Positions 26,201 through 38,050 of a DNA stretch of 64,000 nucleotides are shown piece by piece (positions within the stretch are counted from its first letter, which is position 1; each line of letters starts with the position of its first letter). Position numbers and translations under genes: made by a program. Below the pieces are notes generated by a model that did no database searches, had not been told where the DNA came from, and saw nothing but the letters and a program-made list of their open reading frames with translations. Source of the stretch: Epiperipatus broadwayi (Eukaryota > Animalia > Onychophora); NCBI GenBank assembly GCA_028023455.1, contig JAQFVV010000008.1:11594001-11658000 (forward strand), given 5' to 3'.

Positions 26201-27488
26201 TGATACATTCTATGTAAAAAGAAAAACTAGAAAGTGAGGTATAGCAAAGACTTCAATATAATAATGCTGATTTAACAGGTTAAAAGATAGAATTATTCAA
26301 TCATAGTGATACAGTCAAGTTAGTTAAACATAGGACTAATATTATGCATTGATTTTATAGATGAAACACAAGTATATATATATTATACTTGTATTTTTTA
26401 AGGATATTCTTTAACTTTCTAAATATGAAATTAAATCTACACTTGCAAGAGCACATCTTAATTGAATTAGGCTTACAAAATAGAAGAAAAGAGATTTTCT
26501 AAAAAAAATAAATAAAATGGTTATGTTAAGAATAATTTTCATGAGAGAGATTAATCTGATCTATATTATAAAGATTTTTTTCAAAAATAATCAAAGAGAT
26601 GCAATACTAATAGCTTTCAATAGGAAAAAAAATTGAGGATAGAATATAATGAAGAGCTATAATTAGTAAAATGTTAAGTCATTCAGAAAGAAAAGTTTGC
26701 TGCAGAAAAAGTCAAAAACCAGCATTACAAAATATTAATTAAACAGATTGACAAGTGATATAAGTGAATATATTTGTAAAACATCACTGCAAAACACTTT
26801 CAACTTTCTCTTTTTTTCTTTTGGAAATAAAAATGGTTGTACTCATTTTGAGACTGTTTAATAATACTGATAGTAGCTGAGTAAAAAGTTTTTAAGTTAA
26901 AACAAATGTGATCTAAATTATTCTTGCTTCATTGGTGTCTCTATATTTGGTGTATGTAGATAGTTATTATCTTCTTGCATGAAGATAAACTTTCAATTTT
27001 ACCTAAATATGAACAACAATTTCTCAAATCTTTTTGAAATAGCATTTAATCTAAAAATGGACAAAATAAAACATTTTTGAGAAAGATACTATATTCTAAT
27101 TTCTTTGCATTACATTCAATTAAATACTGTCAATTGTGTTTCAGATTATATATCTGCATACTTTGACATTTTGATGAATTGCTACTATTTCATGGATTGA
27201 TTTATGTTACTAATCTTTAATTAAAATAAAATTGATGTAAATGAAGCATAGTTGCTGTAAAGTCATTTTTTTTTATTACAATAACTTTTATGTGTATCAG
27301 AAAATATTCCATATACAATTAAAATCATCACTTACATTAGAATTAACCACTAAACATCATGCTAACACATAAGTGTTATTAAAACAGCCAAAACTCTCCA
27401 TACAGTAGTGCCACTCAGTGCCAACCAGAGTAATCAATGGATGCCAGAAGGCTTGTGCATAAAATCCCCATCTAGTGCCTACTCCTCA

Positions 27489-27523
27489 CTGATGAAGGCC
27501 ACAAGCCAGAAAATAGTCTGGGG
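27489..27523 (+). ncRNA. Minimal type I hammerhead ribozyme, copy A1
   Basis: cctca-CTGATGA-A-GGC-CACAA-GCC-A-GAAA-TA-GTC-tgggg. Stem I CCUCA/UGGGG and stem II GGC/GCC are present; this copy lacks the C after GAAA. Confidence 0.65.
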
Positions 27524-27947
27524 ATATTCGTCAGTGAGGAGGAGGCACTAGATGGGGATTTTTTGCACAAGCCTTCTGACATCCATTGATTACTCTGGTT
27601 GGCACTGAGTGGCACTACTGTATGGAGAGTTTTGCCTGTTTTAATAACAGTTATGTGCTAGCATAAGAAATGGTGATCATGAGATGTTTAGTGGTTTAAC
27701 GCCAATCCTGCCTAATAGGATAGTGGTGGCTATGGTTGTTAAAGAGCCAAAGACACCAAAATTTATGGGTACTGAACTGAGTTCAGACCCATATGACTAT
27801 ATAGGCTATTGAACTTAGAATGAAAATATTGTGTTTTCAATTTTATTCTCATAGTTTTATAGTTAAGTAGAGATAAAAGGTGGCTGCTGGAGGGTTGCAT
27901 TAAATCCTAAGATCTAGGTGCAGTGCTCTCAGATCCAAAGCTCCTCA

Positions 27948-27983
27948 CTGACAAAGGCCACAAGCCAGAAACTAGTCTGGGGA
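27948..27983 (+). ncRNA. Minimal type I hammerhead ribozyme, copy A2
   Basis: cctca-CTGACAA-A-GGC-CACAA-GCC-A-GAAAC-TA-GTC-tgggga. The G8>A change fits CpG decay of CTGACGA; palindromic ACTAGT helix III. Confidence 0.65.
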
Positions 27984-28932
27984 TATTAGACGAGTAGGCA
28001 CTAGATGGGGATTTTATGCACAAGCCTTCTGGCATCCATTGACTACTCTGAATGGCACTACTGTATGGAGAGTTTTGCCTGTTTTAATTACATTAAAATT
28101 AGATGGAGTTAGTCATTAAAGTGAATACTGTTGCATAGCAATAGAAACCAATATGCAATATTAACCAACAATCTATACTGGCATACAACCTATAACCTGT
28201 GAAATAAGACACAACTGATGAAATTATTGTGGGAAAGTCTGAAAAATGAATAATATTTAAAAGAAACAATGCCACTCAGTTAACTGATCTATTGTTAGTG
28301 TAATAAATCAATGTATGTTATTTTTTATTTCCTCAACAATTTTAAAATTTTAATAATTATTTTAATTTTAATTTTTATCAAAATATTTCACTCAAGACAT
28401 CAAAATTTTATAATTTTAATATTATAAAATTTCAAAAAAAATTTAACACTTGAAAAGTTGAATAAGTCTAACTTGCAAAAACTATTCATTGCTTTATATT
28501 GATATAGTATTTATGACAAAGAAAACTTAGAATAAGGAATGAACCCCATTATAATACATTTAGAACCTAAAAGGTTGCTGAATGAAGGAATTATAATGTA
28601 ATACTCAGAAATTATCATTTAATGACTTTTTTTTATTAAATGAATTACATTCACATAAGTTGGGGGGGGGGGGGAGAGGTTAAAAGCTAATAGAATTCTG
28701 TTCTGCAAATAGCTCCACTTTTAGAATGACATTGGTAAAATATGATAATTACACTTATGTAACATAACAAAGTTTAATATATTCTAAAATATTAAAATAA
28801 AACAAATTTACATATACAGAAGTATATACCAAGTAAATGGTAATAAAATATGTTAAATAATCTTATGATTACTAAATTAAAAAAAAAAAAAATAGAAGCA
28901 ATTAAGTATTCAATATCGAAAACCAAACCTAC

Positions 28933-29021
28933 CTTATAATACCTCTAAATGGTTCTCTTAACATTATGTCCTCCACACACAAAATATCACATTTGCAAAA
29001 ACGCGGGGTTATTTTTGTTAT
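28933..29021 (-). CDS. EXOSC1: EXOSC1 exon 4 (ITKITPRFCKCDILCVEDIMLREPFRGII-R)
   Basis: TTTTTTAAG| ... |GTAGGT; 89 nt; 'RF.K..IL.V....L...FRG.IR' motif. Confidence 0.96.
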
Positions 29022-29103
29022 CTTAAAAAATAATGACAATAAAGAATTGAAATATTCAAATTATATAAGAGAAAATGTAAACTATTTAAAAAAAAAAACT
29101 TAC

Positions 29104-29178
29104 CCTAACTGTAACGATTGATCCTATTGAAGGAAGAATATTAGAATTAGAAGCAGACTTAACATTAACTACTTTTGG
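29104..29178 (-). CDS. EXOSC1: EXOSC1 exon 3 (PKVVNVKSASNSNILPSIGSIVTVR)
   Basis: TTTTTTGCAG| ... |GTAAGT; 75 nt; corresponds to the 'LP.VG.IVT.K' start of the S1 domain. Confidence 0.95.
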
Positions 29179-30089
29179 CTGCAAAAAATATATACATTTT
29201 AAATCACATTATAGATATATATTAGGTAGTTGTTGTTCAAAAAAATTTTTAAAAAAATTTATAACAATCAGATTACCATATAATTAAAATTTGCTAATAT
29301 ACTAATATTTACAACATACAGAACAATATTTTATAAAATATATTTTTGGTCAAAAGACAAGTAAAGGTAACTAAGCAATAGGCAATATATTACGATCAAA
29401 CAATACTTAATCATCAGCTGATATTGCAATTGCTTACCACTCCCTAAACTCCTAGAATTCCAACATTTGATTTACGTCACAAACTTTATTAACTTCTTTA
29501 TATCAACTAAAAAGAATTCTAGTTTACATTTTCCAGATTTTAACTTTATCTTGTTTACTAGCTTTTATAACCAATTCAGAGAGATTATCTATTTAGAAGC
29601 AAATTAAATATATATATATATATTTATAATTGTTTACAAAACAATTAGAAATATTTTCTTCATTATATTATTTTTTAATATTCAATTATTATAATCAATG
29701 CTTATTATTATTTCATGAAGATGTTATCACAAGAACTGTTCTGGTATGGGTTTTGCAAAAGCCTATCATTCTATTAATCAATGTTGAGAAATCTATACAC
29801 TGCACATGTAATTGGTTAAATAAATACTTTTATAGACTAATAATTATAATTTTTATTGCTTTTTTTTTTTTTAAAGAAAGCTCAATAATTATAATTATTT
29901 GATATAATATTTAATTTATATAACTTACTATTAACATCAACTTCTCATTGACAGATATTAACTCGGTGATAATAATCACAAAACAATAATAGCAGCCCAA
30001 AAAAAATCTATTCTATTCACTCATTAAAATTAATCTTCATTACATTTAAAGTAGAAAATTCTATTTCTCCTATTTTCCAGATGATAATG

Positions 30090-30430
30090 CTTAATAAATT
30101 CCTATTCGGTGTTACCTTATCCATGTACTGACCAGTTTCTAATTTATGACATTCATCAGTGAGGATCTTTGGCTGGACCTACTGTACTTGAATTTTGTGA
30201 AACTAATGCACCTTTCTCTCAACAGCAATATTAAAAAAAAATTTTTTTTATCATCACAAGTTACCAATTTGAAATTCAAAAGCATTTTAATATTTTTAAT
30301 TAAAGCCAACAAGTTTGTATAGTTTTGCAGATCAGACACCAGTTCAATATCTATATATTTGGGATCCTCAGTTTTTTTTAATAATTATAGACAACTATAA
30401 TTTCTGCAAAACAAACAGATCAATCACATC
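30090..30430 (-). mobile_element. Old diverged member of the hammerhead repeat family
   Basis: Colinear matches by eye, e.g. cccaaatatatagatattgaactg vs cccaaatatatgggtactgaactg, and ccaaagatcctcactga vs ccaaagctcctcactga. Confidence 0.6.
30133..30170 (-). ncRNA. Diverged hammerhead-like motif, copy C
   Basis: Minus strand reads ccaaagatcctca-CTGATGA-ATGTCATAAATTA-GAAAC-TG-GTC. Core is kept but stems I and II are degraded. Confidence 0.5.
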
Positions 30431-32392
30431 TTAGCTGACAGAATTAAACTAATATCATTCTATTAAAATTTGCTTAAATTTAATATATATTGTGTATTTC
30501 AAATTTGAATATATTTGTTCATCTGCATAATGAAGTGGTTCATTCTTCTTTATAATCTAAAGTTTAGTGCACTTTCAATGTGTGGAAATTTAAATTATAA
30601 ACAGAAACGAAGGGAAAAATTGTATTGTGTATATATACTTATAAACTATACAGATCCAATTTATGTCTTGGGTATGAAAATAAAATGATACTTTATTATA
30701 TGACTTTTAAATCAATTATTGTGATATAATAGCCACACAAGAACAATTATGGCAACAAAAAGCAAATGAAAATTTGCTTTCGTTAAACAGGAATTATGCG
30801 AGATATATAAATATAATATCATTTTTACTTGCATGATCTTTGTGAATTATTTATGCACTAAAAAAAAAGAAGACAAGATCAAAAAAGAGCAAAAATGTTT
30901 TTAGAATATGAGAGAAAATGGATCTGTTGTTCCAGAAAATTGCTATTTTCAGACGTATAATTATTGTATGATACCACAATAAGTAAAAGAAGTTTTTGAA
31001 GTGAAATAGAATAAAGAATTTCATCTGAGTGAATAAAGTCAGAAACTCTTTATATATATATATATTGTATCAGATAATTATATTCATTCTAGTCGAACAT
31101 AAATTAAAGAACATCAAAGATCGACAATATTCGATGTAGAATTTTAACTAATCATCAACTGTTTATAATATTTATACAATGTCAACTGTGACAATATAAA
31201 AATATTATATATAATTAGTCACCATAAAATGATTTCTAGCTAAATTGATGATGTCATAGGTGGATCGGTGTTTCCCCTGCCATGGAAGTGTGGTATTTTT
31301 CTTTATACATTCCTGAAATGCCGAAAAAACATCTTTTGCCTTATATGGAATGCTTAATGATGAATCTACAGAAAGAACGATTGAGGACCAATACATAACT
31401 GTTTCGAATACACAATGAATAGATGATAGCAGATAACCTACGCCCCATTTAAGGATATGAAGGACTTATCCCAACTCATAATTTTAATTAAATTGATTTA
31501 ATGGAATTGTAAAATCTTGATTATGTAATTTGAATTTTTAACCCTTGTAAATTTTTTTTGTTTCATTTTTTTTTTCATACTTGGAAATGTGAACTTTCTA
31601 TGATTTAAAAATGTTTCTTTGGGAAAGTTCATTTCAAATAGAAGTTAAAAAGAAGGGGAGGATGGTTAATTCTAGTTAAAAAGTTCTTAATAAAATCTAT
31701 AATTTAGCTTTCTCCAATGATAGTGACTGACATTTGACTAATTACCACATAATAATAAGGTAAGACTATAATTATTTACTACATTGAATACATACACTTT
31801 ATTAAGACATAATCTATCTTGTTTGTTTTATATATATATATATATTAACAAATCATTATATGTTATTCTGTATAAATGATTAACAGCTTATTGAGTGACT
31901 TTTACTATCATATGATAAATTGTACATAGATTTTGGAAGGCATCATGAGGAAGTCAAACACGGACCCAAGTATAAAACTATGATAGAAATAGATATGACA
32001 ATGTAGAAATATAAATTGGTTATTTAGACTTATATTTATGATGAATTAATATTTGTTATTTTATTGTTATTTGAATATTGTAGATAACCGGTGTCATCAA
32101 TATGGATTTCTATTTAGGGATTATGGGTATGGTAATATAAACTTGTTACATTAAAGATAGAAGTTCATTACTGGCTCTAATATTATAATTTTTTTTTTAT
32201 GTATATCCATATTGTTGGAACATTTTGAGTTTATAATTTTTATGTTTGTTCCATATTAAATGTTAGTGAATTTGTTAATTTCGATTCGGTCTCTCACTCA
32301 TTTATCTATAGCCTCAAATGTACACACATATGGTATAATATATAATAGAATCCAAATTTTGTTGGTTGGATTATTAGATATATCATATTAAT

Positions 32393-32693
32393 TGTAACCT
32401 ATATAGAAGTACGGTAGTCGTCAGCTAGCATTGGCGCATCTCTGTTAAGAGAATCAAATTCGAATTCTCCCTGGGTTTGAATTCCGGGAATAATGGAACC
32501 AAAAGAGAGGTTAAGATATACATGAAGACCCAAATTGTATTTGAGTTTAACTGATGAGTATTGAGCTGGTCTATTAAAAGTGCAATCATAGGTCATGTAC
32601 TTCATCGCGTTATCTCCAACATCCAACCCAAAGAGCCATGGTCCGAGAGTAGTCAAATATGACACTCTATTTCTACATCATGTCAGACTTACA
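32393..32693. mobile_element. Probable solo LTR (TGTAAC...CTTACA), related to 14336-14687
   Basis: 301 bp, TG...CA inverted termini, shared core with the 14.3-kb copy in the opposite orientation. Confidence 0.6.
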
Positions 32694-33559
32694 AATTAGA
32701 AGAACTGTTGTGAAGGAATGAATAAAGATGGTGTAAAACAATTTATTTATAACTTTATTTATTTAACATCAACATAAAAAAGTTTTATAACAAGTATTCA
32801 TTATTAGCTTTTCCTTACTCCTACATAAATTCCATATTTCCATACCATTAGTATGTAGTAGTAATTAAATTGTGGTGGAATTACAAAACTTATTAATATA
32901 TTGAAACTACAACAAATCTAATGCAGCTCAGATTGGTTATATTATAATGCTACAGTAAAAAAAAGTTTAACAAAAACTCATGTGAAATGACTAATACATA
33001 TACAAACTGTCATTTGTGTATATGCGCATATGTGTTCACTTGAATAAACTGCCTAAAAAATTAAAAAGAAAAATTAGTTTATGCATTTAATTATATTCTA
33101 TAAATTTATTTTGTAATAAGAGTTAATTAATAATGATAAAGAAAAATGCTTTTGATATTGCAAAAGATTTGAATCGTGTAGTTTTTAATAATCTAATACA
33201 TTTTTGAACTCTTTGTAATTTGCCTATTTTGAATTTAGTTTTAAATAAAATCTTCCATGTTTTTAGGGTAAAATTGATGGCAAAACTAAATCTAGTATTA
33301 CAATATTGGAATTAATAATATTTTACAACTTATAATTAAAAATTCAAATGTCAGCAATAATTCATTCCTTTTTCCTATGTTAACAAAAGTAAATAAAAAA
33401 AGAGAGAAAAGAAAAACTAATTTTTTTTCCTTTTATTTATTTACATATCAAAATACAATATTAGTTGTAAATTTGTTTCCACAATATGTTTGAAAGAAAA
33501 TGTTTTTCAAAAAATATGTTGTAATGATACAGAGATCAGATTTTCCTTAGGTGGTAACA

Positions 33560-34000
33560 TACACATTGAAAGTATGTTGTTTGAACAACATCAGATAGGT
33601 ATAAATAGGTCTGAAACAAGCAACTAGTCATATCAGGAGTCCAGCATTTCATTTCATATTGCTTTGCATTCCAGTCCAGTCTAACTTTTGAAGCATTGTT
33701 GCAATGATCCAATGCCAAGGAAAGAACCTACTGATTAAAACTGTTTTTCAGTTGGATAGCTGTAATTTACTGACTGTTTTGAAAGATTTTTTAATACTCC
33801 AGTCCTGACATCAAGTATGATAACTTTATCTAGCAGAAGACTATACAATGTGTGATTAGGCAACAGAAGAAACACACCAATCTAAATGCCCGAAAATGCA
33901 ATCAGATCCAGAAACTAATGCTGAAGTTTGTCAAAACCATCAGTGTCTGCCATAATAATGTCATGAAGAAATGGACAATGCCATAAGAACTACCCAAGAC
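33560..34000 (+). mobile_element. Possible LINE RT relic
   Basis: 'LVISGVQH' (cf. VTSGVPQGS) and 'LNARKC' (cf. LN..KC) in broken frames. Confidence 0.3.
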
Positions 34001-36016
34001 TTACTAATACTATACCTTGTATAACATCACCAGTGCTGCTGTATTTACTCTCTAACATCACCAATGAACAAGGAGGAGAAATACCATTTTAGGAGCAAAT
34101 AATAAAAACAGCTAGAAATTAATTAAAAAAACAATATTTGCAGATAGCCATGGCTTATGACTGTTTCAGGATTTAACGTGGAAAGATCTTATCCTTAAAC
34201 TTAAACTAAAAATATATTTATTGCTATGACATTTAATATTTTGCATAGTATATAAACAACAGTTTTATTTATTCATTATTAATAAATTATTTTTTTATTA
34301 TTAATTAGTTTGTCTTTGTAACTCATTCCAAACATAACATTTTTAATGTCCAATATGCTAATTAATATCCACAATCTTGAGAACTCATGAAATCCACTGG
34401 GGCACATGCAGGGATAGCAGTGATAATTTCTAATTGATGATGATCATTCCTTTAAAAATTTTCCAAAAGTAAACTTTCTTTTTAGAAAGTTTAGCATCTT
34501 TGAATTTCATTTTTATTAAAATTGAAAAACAAATAAAATACTTTGGGGAGTACTTGTACATCTCAATTATAACTCATCATCATAATCACAATGGTTAAAT
34601 ATTATTATATATTTGAATTTCTTTTAATTTTATTTGAATTTTATTAAGCATTCAACTTTCAGATTTGAAGCAAAATTTACAGTACATACTAAATATTATT
34701 ATATATGTATATATCATTGGTATCTAGTTTAAACCCATCTACTGTTTATATATCATTACAATATGTATATTATTCTGTGATTAGAATAAAGAATTAATTT
34801 TGATATTTTATTTGAAGTGTTGAAGACTTGGACAATTTAAAACAAAATAGAAAAGATGAAAAATAGTGATACAAATTCACATAAGAATGGAAAAAATAAG
34901 TTGGAGGGATAACATTAGAAATATAGGGATGTCAATAAGAATATGCAAAATAAAAAAACTGGGTTGATTATATATTTAGAGTAGAAAAATTAGGAAGAAT
35001 ATGAAAAAAGAGTGTGAAGAAAATCAATAGGAAAAGAAATATAAAAAGAAAGAAGTTGATAGATGACCTAACTAAATAAATTTTAATTATTGCTAACCAA
35101 CATATAGCTTGAATAAATCTTTAGGTCAACAATGTCAATCATTTTTTTGATTAACCATGCTTCAAGGGAAAACTTCAAGAAACAATTATTGTCTCTATAA
35201 GCTTTGTTGTGATTTTTGTCTTTACTATATTTGCTGCTATAAACTCATTATCACAATTAACTGACATTAGTTTACTAGCCAGCATAGAGAATAATTCCAA
35301 GTTTGGTTTTATTCCTAAAATGAAGATCATCTTCAGTTATACCTTGAAATAACTGAAGCAGTTGTATAACTAAATCACATGTCTACTATGAAATTAGCTT
35401 CATTTCTAGTTTAGCACTATGTTATTTATATATATATAACAAATGGCATATTTGTCAAAATATATTTAATGAGAACTAACAGACAAATTAATATAAAATC
35501 ATGTTCAAAAAAAAAAAAATTACAGTTTATTCTTACTATATCTAATGATAGAAAAGAAAAGAGAAAACTTTTTTTTTTGTTAAAAAACAAAAAGCAAGAG
35601 AAATCAATATTTTTTTTTGTCAAAATAAAAATTATTATTGCAAAGTTGGATCACTTAATGAATCCAAACCAGGTTGTTCTGGAAATTATTGTATATACTT
35701 GGACAGGTAAAATTCATTCTACAAACTAATCAAACAAATATGAATTAAAAATAACAATCTCTATATCACCATATCAGCAATTTATAAAATAATTTAATTA
35801 AGAAAGTCAATTATTAAGCCAATAAACTTCTTATGCTTGTGTATAAGTATAGTGAGTTTTGCCTGTTTTAACAAAAGTCAATTATTGATATTTATTTGCT
35901 TTTAGATCTTTATAAAGGATATAACTTATGCAAAAAAAATGAAACCAAAGCAATGACTTAAGGCATAGAATAACTGCTATTAAAGTGTGATTTTAAAGAA
36001 TCCATCTATTTCACGG

Positions 36017-38050
36017 TATAACGATCGAAATGAAAGTGAAGATCGAATCTAACCGCAAACTACGATATCTGCTCTACAGAGCGCCATCTAGGCATTTAAA
36101 CCTAGAAAAATTTATAGAGTAGGCAGATACGTGCTGTTAAGATTCCACTTTATTTAAATATTCAGATTGTTAGCCCAAGTCACTAGCTCAGTGGAGATGC
36201 AGAGATAAAAATCTATATCTTAATTTATATCTTAAATATCAATAAATAAAAGCCACTGCCAGAAATTAACACATAAAAATATTTATTTACGCACATATAA
36301 AATAACATTTAAATTTTGAGGAATAAATTCAACATTTTAGATTTTTCTATTAATCTTTAAATTTTACATTTAACTAAGTTTCAATGAGTTTAATATTTTA
36401 TTTAGATAGTCAAGTATGAATAGACTACATAGATCTGCATTTGAAAAGAAAATATTCTTCCCTGATTTAACCTTAGGCAACAAATTTCGCAATCAAACCG
36501 GTGCCAATCCATCTGATACATTTATGTATTCAATGTAGCATGAAAATACAACAACACAAAATACTATACTGTCAGGAATGTACGTCTGATCAGTAAGTAG
36601 AATTAGAGAAGACATTGTCTCTCCACCAACAGGAATGTGACATCTGTTGGCGAGTAGAACAATAAACATAAAACTCCATAGGAATGGACTGCGGTCCTTT
36701 GCCGTCTTACAAATCCATCCATAGGCAAACAGAAGGTGTGTGGCATATATCTATAATCCTGCCCGTAGCGGATCTCATACTACATCTACAATTACACAAA
36801 TATATCCAATCCATTGAACCAATTCAACTACGAAATGAATAACCTAAGATTACCCTCCCTTAATATAACTTTACAAAACTATATAGCCATTCATGCCCGA
36901 CTTAAATTTAACATTTAAATACGTTCGCACAGATTATTTTTATACAATTTGTTTTATAATGTCGAGTATAGATCGGCTGCAGATTCCACGGTCAAAAACA
37001 TTCCAAATTAAACACAACCGATCAAAATACAAAGTCAATCGATAACGTCAATTGCTGAGGGAATACAGGAGACCCTTTGGGTTCATCATAAGACACCCTA
37101 TGACATCGTTGACTTATATATTCTAATCGACTGTGAAAACCACAACAATAATCAACCGCTAACGAATCTCTGCAACGTCTATACCCAACTTAAATGTAAT
37201 GCATTTAATAATTTCTACAATAAATATTACTACAAATAATAATAATAAAATGGAAATGATTTTAGCAAAACTTAACTATATAAATTTAAACAATCAATTA
37301 TTAATTTGAAAATCAAATAAGAGTTCATTTTAAAATTTAAATTAGCTGAATCTTTAAAAAAAACATTGACGAAAGTTCTTAATTACTTTTTTTTGTTGTT
37401 ATTAATTTGTAAAGTTCATAGCTTACGGTAGGAGAGTCCAGGTTTCTGCTTTTAATTCCCGCGACGCCTCCATTGGAAGATAATGTTCTGGAGATGGCAA
37501 TAGCTGGTTCAAGGTATCACAGTCTTTTCATTTTTCTTTTTTTTAAATAGAGTGTGGTATGTGCGTTCTACCGCATCTCTCAAACACACAACGCTGGAAC
37601 TGTCCGAAAAAACTGTATTTCCCTTTTTATATTATCAACACGGATTCAATCAACAAAACGTCACTAATCCATCACTTTCGTTAGGGTCCGAGCCAAGGCT
37701 TAGTGCTTCCATTGGTCAAGCTAATTTCTCTTTATTTTCTTATCTATCTTTTCATCAGATCATTTTAATTATAATAGAGCCCAAGGGCCAGTTTGGTTTT
37801 CGATAATTCATAAACAATCATTTCCATTTACAGATTACATTAATTAATACCTGTTTTTATTTTTAAATCTTGTACTTTTTTTTATAAAAAAGTACGTTCA
37901 AATACTTATTTGTTTTTTTTAAAAAAAATATTTTTAAAGTTTGGCATCTGTGCGAATGTATATACGTTTAACAAACATTTTAATTTTAGCGTTTAGTTTT
38001 TTACTTTTATTTGCGAACTTTTAAGTTTTTATTTTAAATTAATGTAACGA
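36017..38050. mobile_element. ~2-kb LTR-like element, copy 1
   Basis: Colinear along its full length with 59306-61365; left end TATAACGATC; right terminus truncated or diverged. Confidence 0.8.

Larger units (their letters stand above)
27343..28088 (+). mobile_element. Hammerhead-bearing repeat (retrozyme-like/Penelope pLTR-like), locus A: 5' inverted arm + 459-bp unit + tail
   Basis: 27343-27490 is the reverse complement of ~27530-27690; ribozyme cores are 459 bp apart; tail ends at GCCTGTTTTAAT. Confidence 0.8.

Noticed and set aside
32399-32665. 88-aa ORF
   Set aside because: Lies wholly within a solo-LTR-like repeat; the frame is not evidently kept in the related copy at 14336.
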